A DNA stretch of 64,000 nucleotides from NCBI GenBank assembly GCA_964016885.1, contig OZ024741.1, positions 283,712,001 through 283,776,000 on the forward strand, read 5' to 3'. Numbering within the stretch: position 1 is the first letter of the stretch; every line of letters starts with the position of its first letter. The position numbers were made by a program, and so were the translations under genes. Positions 45,470 through 60,699 of the stretch are shown here, piece after piece. This DNA is from Eledone cirrhosa (lineage: Eukaryota). The notes beneath the pieces were generated by a model that did not search any database, had not been told where the DNA came from, and worked only from the letters and a program-made list of their open reading frames with translations.

Positions 45470-46607
45470 AAGTGAGGTTTTTTTTACAAGATGAAAAATA
45501 ACCGAGGTGTCCTACACGAGTGAAAGTATAAAGAAAAAGAGATGAAATCGAAAATGCAACTGGAGTCTTATTTTTTTTTAAATATATATATTTATTTGGT
45601 TCCTTTACCGGTTTCGTAGTTCTTCTGCTTTTCAAAAGGTGAGTTGAGATGGAGGGTCTGTGGTTTTTCTCACATCTGGTTGATCTCTGAATGTTACTTG
45701 TTTTATATGGAAAAAGTGGCTCGAAATGCCAGGTTTTTCGAGAAGTAATTTGATTGGTTTGTTAATAATTATAATAAATTTCGCGCCAGTTCGCGTTACA
45801 ATAGTTCTTCAAATAAGAGGGGGGGGTTGTCACCGGTTGTTTTTTCATATATGGGTGTTTGGATTTCTTTTTACTTGAAGAAATAGGCTCACGAAGGCTT
45901 TTTTTTGGTTGGTTATAAATGAAATTATGGCTGTCACTTGAACAAGTTTTCATTAAATTTTCGTGCCCTTATTTGGAAATCCATTCTGTAACCTTTTTAG
46001 AGAATTTTATGATAAGTGAAAGATAATGGTCAAGAGAAAGGGATGGGAGAATTGTTCTGGTTCAGTGAATATGGTTAGTTCGCTAGGGTGTCAGAATTCA
46101 GATTTTCTATTGAATAAAGAAAGTAAAGATATGTATGTTTATTTGTGTGCTTGTGTGTGTGTGTGTTGTGTGTGTGTGTGTTTGAATTTCTTTACTTAAA
46201 AAAAAGGTGGCTCACGAAGGCTTTTTTTAAATAAACGTGATTTGATTGGTTATAAATGAAATTTGGTTCACGTGACAGCCAAATTTCATTTATAACCCAT
46301 AAAATCACGTTTATTAAAAAAAAGCCTTCGTGAGCCACCTTTTTTTAAGTAAAGAAATTCAAACACACACACAACACACACACGCAAACACACACAAGCA
46401 CACAAATAAACATACATATCTTTACTTTCTTTATTCAATAGAAAATCTGAATTATGACACCCCAGCGAACTAACCATATTCACTGAACCAGAACAATTCT
46501 CCCATCCCTTTCTCTTGACCATTATCTTTCACTTATCATAAAATTCTCTAAAAAGGCTACAGAATGGATTTCCAAATAAGGGCACGAAAATTTAATGAAA
46601 ACTTGTT
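45470..46607 (-). mobile_element. pLTR fragment with ~320-bp inverted duplication
   Basis: About 45945-46266 vs 46278-46607 inverted; HHR near the 3' end. Confidence 0.75.
45602..45639 (-). ncRNA. Hammerhead, U3-A8 variant
   Basis: cctt-TTGAAAA-gcag aagaa ctac-GAAAC-CG-GTA-aagg, then AATAAA. Confidence 0.78.
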
Positions 46608-46656
46608 AATGAAAACTATAATATGTATAAATATATATATATATATATATATAAGA

Positions 46657-47576
46657 GAAAAAATGGGGAGAAGAATACTGCTGGTTGCACATGGATAACA
46701 TGTAATAAAATAAGTCCCTCATCAGTGATTTGCCGACGATCATAGATATTTCATTGCATTAAAAATCATATACCTCACGTCGGTGCAATAATAACTAAAT
46801 TAAGTTATTAGGACAATTAAAACGCGTAAAGCGAGTGAAACAAGATAACAACAAAGAGGATAACTAACCATAGAAGGAAGGGAACAAGCTTCATAGTTAT
46901 TCTGTTAGCATAAGCTAGGTGAATATATGCGCGCTTAGAAAAAAGACCTTTCAGGAGCGAATTCAAATGTGAGAAAGAGAGAAAATGATTTCGTCGCGAA
47001 CGGGGTGAAGTGAGAAGAGGAGAAACAGTGAGTGAGTGAGTGGAAGTGTGAGGAAGAGTTAACTGACATGACAGAGGGGGCGAAAGAAAGTAGGAGAAAC
47101 AGAGAGAACGAGAGAGCAGTAAGAGAGAGAGAGAGAAAATAACAGAATCGCAGTTTAGGTAAATATATGTGAAAAAATGGGGAGAAGAATACTGCTGGTT
47201 GCACATGGATAACATGTAATAAAATAAGTCCCTCATCAGTGATTTGCCGACGATCATAGATATTTCATTGCATTAAAAATCATATACCTCACGTCGGTGC
47301 AATAATAATTAAATTAAGTTATTAGGACAATTAAAACGCGTAAAGCGAGTGAAACAAGATAACAACAAAGAGGATAGCTAACCGTAGAAGGAAGGGAACA
47401 AGCTTCATAGTTATTCTGTTAGCATAAGCTAGGTGAATATATGAGCGCTTAGAAAAAAGACCTTTCAGGAGCGAATTCAAATGTGAGAAAGAGAGAAAAT
47501 GATTTCGTCGCGAACGGGGTGAAGTGAGAAGAGTGGGGCGAAAGAAAGTAGGAGAAACAGAGAGAGCGAGAGAGCA

Positions 47577-47642
<66 letters not shown>

Positions 47643-47686
47643 TGACAGAGCTGCAGGAGAAACAGTTGAACGAGCTGTATGTCACA
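46657..47686 (-). repeat. Two ~514-bp tandem units, no ORF, each with a permuted hammerhead-like motif (46714-46814, 47228-47328)
   Basis: Unit starts at 46657 and 47171; GAAA precedes CTGATGA on the minus strand. Confidence 0.8.
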
Positions 47687-47719
47687 TATGTATAAATATA
47701 TATATATATATATAATATG

Positions 47720-47757
<38 letters not shown>

Positions 47758-47968
47758 GTATATATATATATATATAATATGTATAAATATATATATATAT
47801 AATATGTATAAATATATATATATAATATGTATAAATATATATATATATATATAATATGTATAAATATATATATATATATAATATGTATAAATATATATAT
47901 ATATATAATATGTATAAATATATATATATATATATAATATGTATAAATATATATATATATATAATATG

Positions 47969-48023
<55 letters not shown>

Positions 48024-48031
48024 AAATATTT

Positions 48032-48062
<31 letters not shown>

Positions 48063-48076
48063 ATATGTATAAATAT

Positions 48077-48109
<33 letters not shown>

Positions 48110-48125
48110 ATATGTATAAATATAT

Positions 48126-48176
<51 letters not shown>

Positions 48177-48185
48177 ATATGTATA

Positions 48186-48217
<32 letters not shown>

Positions 48218-48220
48218 AAT

Positions 48221-48279
<59 letters not shown>

Positions 48280-48282
48280 AAT

Positions 48283-48459
<177 letters not shown>

Positions 48460-48496
48460 TATATATATAAATATATATATAAATACATATATATAT

Positions 48497-48529
<33 letters not shown>

Positions 48530-48546
48530 AATATATATATATATAT

Positions 48547-48578
<32 letters not shown>

Positions 48579-48635
48579 ATATATATTATATATATATATA
48601 TATATATAAATATATATATATTATATATATATATA

Positions 48636-48709
<74 letters not shown>

Positions 48710-48739
48710 AATATATATATATGTAAATATATATATATG

Positions 48740-48808
<69 letters not shown>

Positions 48809-48809
48809 T

Positions 48810-48840
<31 letters not shown>

Positions 48841-48845
48841 AATAT

Positions 48846-50446
48846 ATTTATTAAAATAACAGATTAAAGTTTAAGCAAAGAATCGCTGCTTTCACCCTTA
48901 ACGGGATCTTCTGAAACTAACAAAGTCAATCTGTAAACGCAGAACTGGATATTTCAAAAAACGTTGCAACCGGAGGAAGACAGGAAGACGATACTTTGGT
49001 TCGTGGTAACGTTCGCTGGCAAAGAACGGGAAAAAACGAATAATACGTCATTAATAGGAGCGGTGAAAAACAATTACGCGCAAAGACAGAACCACGTTTA
49101 TGGTATAAAAGAGGTCGTAGACTAATGTTCTCTTAGGTGGTGCATAGAGACGTTCTCTGGCAATGAACGAAAAAACGAAGATAATAAGTCATATGTGGAG
49201 CGTGGAGAACAATAGCACGCAAAGACAAAACCACGTAAATGGTATAGCAGAAGTCGTAGACTAAAATTAATCTCCGCTACAGAGTTAAGAACAAAGTAAA
49301 TAAATACAATACAGAAGTAATAGAAACAAATAAATACATACATGCAAACAGATACGTACATACACAAGCATACGCACGTGGATAATTTACGTCTTGATGT
49401 GGGAGCTAAGTATATGTTTTGTTTATTCCTTTACTTATTTGCATAGGTAAGTATATATTACCCGTATGTTTTGTGAAGGTATGTATACTTTCTCGTACGT
49501 ATATTTGACTGTTATGGCGTATAATTTTTACATAGTCTGGTATTTAGGGTTTGGCTATGTGTATACGGGAGTTTTGCGTCTGCGTGAGTATGCAGGTTCG
49601 TACGTATGGTGGGTGTGTGTATATGTGTACTTCTTGTTTTAGTTGACTTACGTCTCCGAACATTCGTGTATTTATATGTCGTTATGCGTGTGCGCTTGTT
49701 ATATACGTATTTATTTACTTATATACGTTGATATAATTATTTATTTATTTATTTGTACACAAGCATACACACACACACACACACATATTTATATGTGCGT
49801 GGTTTTGTATACCTATGGTAAGGTTTTGCGAATGCTTGTGTATGTACGTATCTGTTTGCATGTATGTATTTATTTGTTTCTATTACTTCTGTATTGTATT
49901 TATTTACTTTGTTCTTAACTCTGTAGCGGAGATTAATTTTAGTCTACGACTTCTGCTATACCATTTACGTGGTTTTGTCTTTGCGTGCTATTGTTCTCCA
50001 CGCTCCACATATGATTTATTATCTTCGATTTTTCGTTCATTGCCAGAGAACGTCTCTATGCACCACCTAAGAGAACATTAGTCTACGACCTCTTTTATAC
50101 CATAAACGTGGTTCTGTCTTTGCGCGTAATTGTTTTTCGCCGCTCCTATTAATGACGTATTATTCGTTTTTTCCCGTTCTTTGCCAGCGAACGTTACCAC
50201 GAACCAAAGTATCGTCTTCCTGTCTTCCTCCGGTTGCAACGTTTTTTGAAATATCCAGTTCTGCGTTTACAGATTGACTTTGTTAGTTTCAGAAGATCCC
50301 GTTAAGGGTGAAAGCAGCGATTCTTTGCTTAAACTTTAATCTGTTATTTTAATAAATATTTGCTCTACGGTTCTTATATATTTGATATATATTTTCCTTA
50401 TCGAGCCCTCTTTGGATTTTAGTCTTCAATTTTATTATTATTACTA
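48846..50446. mobile_element. Inverted pair of family C pLTRs (48846-49376 minus; 49377-50446 plus)
   Basis: Homologous to 34561-35610; HHR variants at 48868-48918(-) and 50285-50335(+). Confidence 0.9.
50285..50335 (+). ncRNA. Hammerhead-like motif with U4A core (CAGAAGA) and CUU triplet
   Basis: agttt-CAGAAGA-tccc gttaa gggt-GAAAGCA-gcgattctt-TGCTT-aaact. Confidence 0.65.
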
Positions 50447-50469
50447 TATATAAATATATATATATATAT

Positions 50470-50470
50470 T

Positions 50471-50503
<33 letters not shown>

Positions 50504-53500
50504 GTTTAACGTCCATGTTCTACGCTTGCATGGGTTTGGACGGGGGTTTTCCCACTTGAGGCAAGAGTGGTTGTCTTGCTCGCATAGGACTGTCTGGCGG
50601 GTTTTCTACAGTGGATGCCCTTCCTAACACCAACCACATTTACAGTGTGGGGCTGGGAGGTTTTTACCGTGTTGCCTACACGGCCACATTACAGCGCGGA
50701 CTGTCTGGCGTGTTTTCTACAGCTGGATGCCCTTCCTAACATCAACCACATTTACAGTGTGGGACTGGGAGGTTTTTACCGTGTTGCCTACACGGCCACA
50801 TTACAGCGTGAACTGTGTGTTTTTTGTCGTGACACCTACACGATCTCATTTGTTTCTGCCTGGATGTTGTGGCACCAACATAACTTTGCATTGAAAGGGG
50901 CGGTGTGGATGGGGTGGGGGTGGTGGGACGGAGGTGTATTTTGTTAGAGATGCCTACTGGCTGTAGTAGGTTTTACTTTGTATTTAGGTAAGGCGGGTCT
51001 TCTCTGTTACTGAGTACCGCCAAAGGTCTCGGTCCAGTGACATTGTCTTGGAGAGGTGTAAGTGTGTGAGGTCGGAATTTATCAGCTCGTCCCAGGTTTT
51101 TCTGGGTCTGCCTACTCCGTGGCTACCATCTATTTTTATTGCCCTGCACTTTGTTATACAGCTGTCGTCTTTCATGCGCATCACGTGACCATACGAACGT
51201 AGCCTTCTCTCGAGTAAACAACATCTGATCCCTCTTATTTTTAATTTTTTCCTTAGTTCGTTTATGCTTTGCCGTTCACGTATATTACTATTACACATCC
51301 AACGGAGCATGCAAGCTTCGTTCCTCTCTAGTCTGTGTATATCCTCTGCACACAATGCCCAGGTCTCACTGCCATGTAACATTGCTGTTCGTATGCAGGC
51401 ATCATACAACCTGCCTTTCATTTTTAGGGAGAACCCTTTAGCGGCTAATAGTAGTATAAGCTCTCTGAACTTTTTCCATCCCGTTCTGACTCTAGCTACT
51501 GTACTTTCAGAGCACCCTCCCCCACTGCTGATTTTGTCACCCAGGTAATGGAAGCTGTCCACTATTTCTATAGAACCCTCTGCGCAATTGAAAGAGCTAG
51601 TATTTTGTGGGCACTTGCTGCTACTTATTGCACCAGATCACCGGCCACATGTAAAATCTTTGTTCTTAGTTAGCTTACCTGTGATCCCACTACATCTTTT
51701 ATGCACCCATACTTTGCATTTGGGACATAAAATGGAGTTTCTACCTACGCCTTTCCTATACCCTGAGCATGGCCATTTCCTGGAGGGGACTGGCGCCTTA
51801 TTTTCTTTCCTACAAACTAGAACTTTAGTCTTAGCCAGGTTAATTTTAAGGCCTTTTGATTCTAGGCCGTGCTTCCATGTTTGGAATTTCTTCTCTAGCT
51901 CGGCCATTGATTCAGCTATGAGCGTTAGATCATCTGCGTATAGGAGTTCCCATGGGCAGCCGGTCTTGAACTCCTCTGTTATAGCCTCAAGGGTAATAAT
52001 AAATAGTAGGGGGCTAAGAACATAGCCCTGATGGACACCAACTTTTACGCTAAACTCTTCACTATATTCTTTGTTAATTCTAACCTTGCTGACTGTTTCT
52101 TTATACATGGCTTGTATGGCTCTCACAAGCCATTCGTCAACACCTAGTTTTCTAAGAGCCCACCAGATAATGGAACGGGGGACTCTGTCGAAGGCTTTCT
52201 CCAAGTCGACAAAAGCTAAGTATAGGGGTTTACTTTTAGCTAGGTACTTCTCCTGTAGTTGTCGTACAATGAAAAGAGCGTCTGTGGTAATTTTGCCTGA
52301 CACAAACCCGAACTGCATTTCATCTAGATCAATTCTCTCTCTGATTAGTTGCGCTATTACTTTTTCCGTGACCTTCATGACCTGGTCGATTAATTTAATG
52401 CCTCTATAGTTACTCCTATCTACCCTTGTAACAGTTAACGATGATGCTGCTACGCCAGTCCTTCGGAACAACCCCATTCTGTATGACTTGGTTTACTATC
52501 TGAGTGACCATGGTGTGTCCCAGCGTACAGGAGGCTTTCAGCATTTCAGCAACTATTCCCAAAGGCCCAGCCGCCTTACCCGTCTTCATATCTTTGATTG
52601 CCTTACTTATTATACTACCTTCGACTAACACTGCTGGTCCCTCTATTGGATTGATGTGGGGGAGACTGTCTTTCTCCCATTTATTCTCCTCATTTAGTAG
52701 CCTTTCGTAGTGACACTTCCAAGCTACCTTCTTATCAGCGTCAGTGATGGCAAGTACGCCATCATCGTTAAGTACACTCTTCTCCCCGACAATATCACGG
52801 TTTTCCTTGACACATTGCCTAGCAATCCTGAACACCTCAGGTTTTTGGTCCTCGCATTGTAGAACATGCTTGAACTTTCTTTCCTCTGCTTCCCTTCTTG
52901 CGAAGTACACTTTTCTCCTAGCTTCCCTCCTGGTCACTTGATAGTCTTCTCTACTTCCCCCATCCCGCCATGCTTTCCAAGCCTGCTTTTTGGCCTTGAT
53001 TGACCCCTCCACCTTACTGTTCCACCACCATGTTACTCTCCTCCTGCTTACAGGCCTGCTCTAGCCACAGACTTCGTCTGCCGCCATCAGCAGGTTTGCT
53101 TTCAGGAATTCCCACTGTTCCTCTACCTTGTACGACTCTAATTGCTCTTCCTTACTGTCGAAAGCATCAAGTAATATGCTTTGAAATTTATTTCTGGCTG
53201 TGGGATGCTTTAGCTTCCATATTTTTCTCCTGAGGATAGTCCTCTTCTGCTGTCTAGTACGTCTCGTCCTGACTATGAGGTCGCTAATTATCAGTCTATG
53301 TTGGGAGGTGCATTCTTCATGGGGGAGGGATTTAGTGTTTACAACAGACACTCTGTCACGTCTTCTGGTAAGGATATAATCTATCTGGCTGGTATGTTCT
53401 CCTAATCTGTAGGTGATCAAGTGATTGTCTCGTTTTTTGAAGTTAGTGTTACAGATAGTTAGGTTGTTCGCATCACAGAATTCCAGGATTCTGGAGCCTT

Positions 53501-54355
53501 CCTCGTTTCTAGTATCAAACCCATAGCCTCCGTCGATTCCGTCATAGCCGTCACAATGTTGTCCAACCTGACCATTTAGGTCGCCAGGAATAATTATATA
53601 GTCACTGTCGGTTATTTGGGAGGTAGTGAGCATCAGTGTCTCATAGAATCTGTCTTTTATAGCGCCAGGCAGTCCGGATTGGGGCGCGTATGCAGATATT
53701 ACTGTCACAGTAGTTCTGTTTAGAACAAGTCTTATTTTAATTATTCTGTCATTCACTCTATTTACATCTATTATCTTATCCACCCATTTTTCTGCTACCA
53801 TGATTCCTACCCCACCTATCCCATTGTCATTCCCCACCCAGAAAAGCTTATAGCAACGTTTTTTACCCACAATGAATCTAGCAGAACCGCCCCTCCACCT
53901 GGTCTCTTGGATACAGCAAACATCAACCTCCTTACGTTCAAGCATTTCTACAACCTCGTTAGAGCGGCCTTTTAAGGTGCCTACGTTCATGGTACCAACT
54001 CTGAAGTTTTGGATTTTGTTTGGAGGATGGGGCGCAGGGAGGGGTGAGGGGAATGAGTTTGGGGTTATGTTGGCCATCCGCGGCCGAAACAAAGAGGGGG
54101 CGGCCTTGCCCCTTCGTCCGGCAGCATGAGGTGAATTTGTCGTTATCTTTGGCATTATCATCGAGTGTCCAGATTCTTCAGACTCTCCAGAAATTCCTTA
54201 GTCCATCCATCATATCGAAAAGCAGCCAGTAGTGATAGCATAGGCCGTTGACTTGTGATTGGTCCAAATAGTAAAGGTGGAGAGTGGGGGCAGGAGGGAG
54301 GGATATGGGGTAGTTAGCAAATGAGGGAGATTATTTAGAACCAGCGTGGAGAAGA
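50470..54355 (-). mobile_element. Near full-length RTE LINE (APE endonuclease plus RT), inactivated by stops and frameshifts
   Basis: APE: GTMNVG, CIQETRW, SAYAPQ, GDLNG, SQIDYIL, SQHR (53061-54161); RT YADD; (TGA)n tail; ~110-bp 3' UTR duplication at 50588-50809. Confidence 0.94.
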
Positions 54356-54788
54356 TTAATTATATATATATATATATATGTAATATGTATAAATATATAT
54401 ATATATAATATATATATATATAATATGTATAAATATATATATATATAATATGTATAAATATATATATATATAATATATATATATATATAATATGTATAAA
54501 TATATATATATATAATATGTATAAATATATATATATATAATATGTATAAATATATATATATAATATTTATAAATATATATATATATAATATGTATAAATA
54601 TATATATATATAATATGTATAAATATATATATATATAATATGTATAAATATATATATATATATATAATATTTATAAGTATATATATATATAATATGTATA
54701 AATATATATATATATATATAATATGTATAAATATATATATATATATATAATATTTATAAATATATATATATATATAATATGTATAAAT

Positions 54789-54823
<35 letters not shown>

Positions 54824-54862
54824 ATATGTATAAATATATATATATATATAATATGTATAAAT

Positions 54863-54897
<35 letters not shown>

Positions 54898-54909
54898 ATA
54901 TGTATAAAT

Positions 54910-54940
<31 letters not shown>

Positions 54941-54977
54941 ATATGTATAAATATATATATATATAATATGTATAAAT

Positions 54978-55012
<35 letters not shown>

Positions 55013-55051
55013 ATATGTATAAATATATATATATATATAATATGTATAAAT

Positions 55052-55084
<33 letters not shown>

Positions 55085-55191
55085 ATATGTATAAATATAT
55101 ATATATATAATATGTATAAATATATATATATATAAAAATATATATATATATATAATATGTATAAATATATATATATATAATATGTATAAAT

Positions 55192-55226
<35 letters not shown>

Positions 55227-55321
55227 ATATGTATAAATATATATGTATATAAATATATATATATATATATATATGTATAAATATATATATATATAAATAT
55301 ATATATATATAAATATATATA

Positions 55322-55752
55322 GTTAAAAGAATAGAGGTGTAACACACAAGTTATTATATATTGGTAAACGGAATAGAAAATGCTGACAAATTGTTCACAG
55401 TTGAAAAATGGTTTAATTAGGAATAAAAGAGTATTAGTGATTGTATGGGTTAGTATTCAGTTGTGGTTTTAAGTTTTTAAGTTTTTACCGGTTGCGCATT
55501 TCTAAATGCTTTTCAAAAATAATTTTGAGATAGAGTGTCCGTGCTGTTTGCTCTGATCTGAGCAAACAGCACGGACACTCTATCTCAAAATTATTTTTGA
55601 AAAGCATTTAGAAATGCGCAACCGGTAAAAACTTAAAAACTTAAAACCACAACTGAATACTAACCCATACAATCACTAATACTCTTTTATTCCTAATTAA
55701 ACCATTTTCAACTGTGAACAATTTGTCAGCATTTTCTATTCCGTTTACCAAT
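55322..55752. repeat. Inverted duplicate of the 36652-37083 palindromic unit
   Basis: Same ends and same central junction in opposite orientation; HHR-like motif at 55594-55630. Confidence 0.92.
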
Positions 55753-55785
55753 AAATATATATATATATATATAATATGTATAACT

Positions 55786-55818
<33 letters not shown>

Positions 55819-55832
55819 ATATGTATAAATAT

Positions 55833-55863
<31 letters not shown>

Positions 55864-55904
55864 ACATTTATAAATATATATATATATAAATATATATATA
55901 TATA

Positions 55905-55936
<32 letters not shown>

Positions 55937-55941
55937 ATATG

Positions 55942-55977
<36 letters not shown>

Positions 55978-55985
55978 GCATAAAT

Positions 55986-56018
<33 letters not shown>

Positions 56019-56030
56019 ATATGCATAAAT

Positions 56031-56063
<33 letters not shown>

Positions 56064-56077
56064 ATATGCATAAATAT

Positions 56078-56149
<72 letters not shown>

Positions 56150-56212
56150 TATGTATAAATATATATATATATATATAAATATATATAATATGTATAAATA
56201 TATATATATATA

Positions 56213-56243
<31 letters not shown>

Positions 56244-56274
56244 ATATGTATAAATATATATTATATATAATATG

Positions 56275-56320
<46 letters not shown>

Positions 56321-56397
56321 GTATATATATATATATAATATGTATAAATATATATATATATATATATATATAATATGTATATATATATATATATATA

Positions 56398-56444
<47 letters not shown>

Positions 56445-56743
56445 GTATAAATATATATATATATATAATATGTATATATATATATATATATAGAGAGAGA
56501 TATTATGTATAAATATATATAAATAATATATATATATATAATATGTATAAATATATATATATATAATATGTATAAATATATATATAATATGTATAAATAA
56601 AATATATATATGTAATATGTATAAATATATTTATATATATATATGTATAAATATATATATATATACATATATATATAATATGTATAAAATATATATATAT
56701 ATATATATAATATGTATAAATATATATATATATATATAATATG

Positions 56744-56787
<44 letters not shown>

Positions 56788-56955
56788 GTATAAATATATA
56801 TATATATATATAATATGTATAAATATATATATATATAATATTTATAAATATATATATATATAATATGTATAAATATATATATATATATATATAATATGTA
56901 TAAATATATATATATATAATATTTATAAATATATATATATATAATATGTATAAAT

Positions 56956-56994
<39 letters not shown>

Positions 56995-57003
56995 ATATGT
57001 ATA

Positions 57004-57037
<34 letters not shown>

Positions 57038-57069
57038 ATATGTATAAATATATATATATAATATGTATA

Positions 57070-57109
<40 letters not shown>

Positions 57110-57121
57110 ATATGTATAAAT

Positions 57122-57153
<32 letters not shown>

Positions 57154-57218
57154 GTATAAATATATATAAATATATATATATATATATAATATGTATAAAT
57201 ATATATATATATAATATG

Positions 57219-57258
<40 letters not shown>

Positions 57259-57441
57259 GTATAAATATATATGTATATAAATATATATATATATATATAA
57301 TATGTATAAATATATATATAAATATATATATATATATAATATGTATAAATATATATGTATATAAATATATATATATATATATAATATGTATAAATATATA
57401 ATATATATAAATATATATATATATATATAATATGTATAAAT

Positions 57442-57474
<33 letters not shown>

Positions 57475-57502
57475 ATATGTATAAATATATATATATATAA
57501 AT

Positions 57503-57533
<31 letters not shown>

Positions 57534-57708
57534 GTATGTATAAATATATATATATATATAAATATATATAATATGTATAAAATATATATATATATATAAT
57601 ATGTATATATATATATATATATATAATATGTAATAAATATATATATATATATAATATGTATAAATATATATATATATATATATATAATATGTATATATAT
57701 ATAATATG

Positions 57709-57785
<77 letters not shown>

Positions 57786-58080
57786 GTATAAATATATATA
57801 TATATATAATAATGTATATATATATATATATGTTGATATTATGTATAAATATATATAAATAATATATATATATATATAATATGTATAAATATATATATAT
57901 ATATATAAATGTATAAATATATATATATATATAAAATGTATAAATATATATATATAATATGTATAAATAAACATATATATGTAATATGTATAAATATATT
58001 TATATATATATATGTATATATATATATATAATATGTATATATATAATATGTTATAAATATATATATATATATATAATATG

Positions 58081-58141
<61 letters not shown>

Positions 58142-58163
58142 GTATAAATATATATATATATAT

Positions 58164-59117
58164 GAAGACAAACATAGAATATTCGAAAATATTCTGTATG
58201 TTTATAATAAACATTTTGAAGACCCAATCGCTATAGAATAGAATACGTCACGTATTACAATTTGAGATTCTCGATAAAATCAAGGGAAGTAATCTACGCG
58301 TTTCATTCTTATTAGAAATCATCAGGATTACATATCCAATGCTTTTATCGAGAACGACACAGCTAGAGACTTATAGAATACTTAGCTGTGTCCAGGAACT
58401 GGTTTGAAAGAACGGTAGCCGGTCCGGCAGAAATTAGAATTTGGATTTAATGCTCTGAAATAGCGATATATATGTGAAGACAAACATAGAATATTCGAAA
58501 ATATTCTGTATGTTTATAATAAACATTTTGAGGACCCAATCGCTATAGAATAGAATACGTCACGTATTACAATTTGAGATTCTCGATAAAAGCAAGGGAA
58601 GTAATCTACGCGTTTCATTCTTATTAGAAAATCATCAGAATCACATATCCAATGCTTTTATCGAGAACGACCAAGCTAGAGACTTATAGAATACTTAGCT
58701 GTGTACAGGAACTGGTTTGAAAGAGCGGTAGCCGGTCCGGCAGAAATTAGAATTTGGATTTAATGCTCTGAAATAGCGATATATATGTGAAGACAAACAT
58801 AGAATATTCGAAAATATTCTGTATGTTTATAATAAACATTTTGAAGACCCAATCGCTATAGAATAGAATACGTCACGTATTACAATTGAGATTCTCGATA
58901 AAAGCAAGGGAAGTAATCTACGCGTTTCATTCTTATTAGAAATCATCAGGATTACATATCCAATGCTTTTATCGAGAACGACACAGCTAGAGACTTATAG
59001 AATACTTAGCTGTGTACAGGAACTGGTTTGAAAGAGCGGTAGCCGGTCCGGCAGAAATTAGAATTTGGATTTAATGCTCTGAAATAGCGATATATATGTG
59101 AAGACAAACATAGAATA
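58164..59117 (-). mobile_element. Non-LTR retrozyme-like array: 3 x ~312 bp, one hammerhead per unit
   Basis: Units start at 58164, 58476, 58789; HHRs at 58289-58331, 58601-58644, 58913-58955: gtaatc-CTGATGA-tttct aata agaat-GAAAC-GC-GTA-gattac. Confidence 0.88.
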
Positions 59118-59170
59118 ATATATATAATATGTATAAAAATATATATATATATATATATATGTAATATGTG

Positions 59171-59211
<41 letters not shown>

Positions 59212-59212
59212 T

Positions 59213-59250
<38 letters not shown>

Positions 59251-59543
59251 GTATAAATATATATATATATATAATATGTATATATATATATATATGTTGA
59301 TATTATGTATAAATATATATAAATAATATATATATATATATAATATGTATAAATATATATATATATATAAAATGTATAAATATATATATATATATAAAAT
59401 GTATAAATATATATATATAATATGTATAAATAAAACATATATATGTAATATGTATAAATATATTTATATATATATATGTATATATATATATATAATATGT
59501 ATATATATAATATGTATAAATATATATATATATATATAATATG

Positions 59544-59594
<51 letters not shown>

Positions 59595-59628
59595 TATATA
59601 TAATATGTATAAATATATATATATATAT

Positions 59629-60584
59629 GAAGACAAACATAGAATATTCGAAAATATTCTGTATGTTTATAATAAACATTTTGAAGACCCAATCGCTATA
59701 GAATAGAATACGTCACGTAATTACAATTTGAGATTCTCGATAAAATCAAGGGAAGTAATCTACGCGTTTCATTCTTATTAGAAATCATCAGGATTACATA
59801 TCCAATGCTTTTATCGAGAACGACACAGCTAGAGACTTATAGAATACTTAGCTGTGTCCAGGAACTGGTTTGAAAGAACGGTAGCCGGTCCGGCAGAAAT
59901 TAGAATTTGGATTTAATGCTCTGAAATAGCGATATATATGTGAACGACAAACATAGAATATTCGAAAATATTCTGTATGTTTATAATAAACATTTTGAGG
60001 ACCCAATCGCTATAGAATAGAATACGTCACGTATTACAATTTGAGATTCTCGATAAAAGCAAGGGAAGTAATCTACGCGTTTCATTCTTATTAGAAATCA
60101 TCAGAATCACATATCCAATGCTTTTATCGAGAACGACCAAGCTAGAGACTTATAGAATACTTAGCTGTGTACAGGAACTGGTTTGAAAGAGCGGTAGCCG
60201 GTCCGGCAGAAATTAGAATTTGGATTTAATGCTCTGAAATAGCGATATATATGTGAAGACAAACATAGAATATTCGAAAATATTCTGTATGTTTTATAAT
60301 AAACATTTTGAAGACCCAATCGCTATAGAATAGAATACGTCACGTATTACAATTTGAGATTCTCGATAAAAGCAAGGGAAGTAATCTACGCGTTTCATTC
60401 TTATTAGAATCATCAGGATTACATATCCAATGCTTTTATCGAGAACGACACAGCTAGAGACTTATAGAATACTTAGCTGTGTACAGGAACTGGTTTGAAA
60501 GAGCGGTAGCCGGTCCGGCAGAAATTAGAATTTGGATTTAATGCTCTGAAATAGCGATATATATGTGAAGACAAACATAGAATA
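59629..60584 (-). mobile_element. Second retrozyme-like trimer
   Basis: HHRs at 59755-59797, 60068-60110, 60381-60422; same order of unit variants as the first array. Confidence 0.88.
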
Positions 60585-60637
60585 ATATATATAATATGTA
60601 TAAAAATATATATATATATATATATATGTAATATGTG

Positions 60638-60699
<62 letters not shown>

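Noticed and set aside
54060-54355. HDV-like ribozyme expected at the RTE 5' end
   Set aside because: Could not assemble the nested double pseudoknot by eye
58164-60584. CRISPR array or plain satellite
   Set aside because: No unique spacers; every unit carries a ribozyme motif and rod structure
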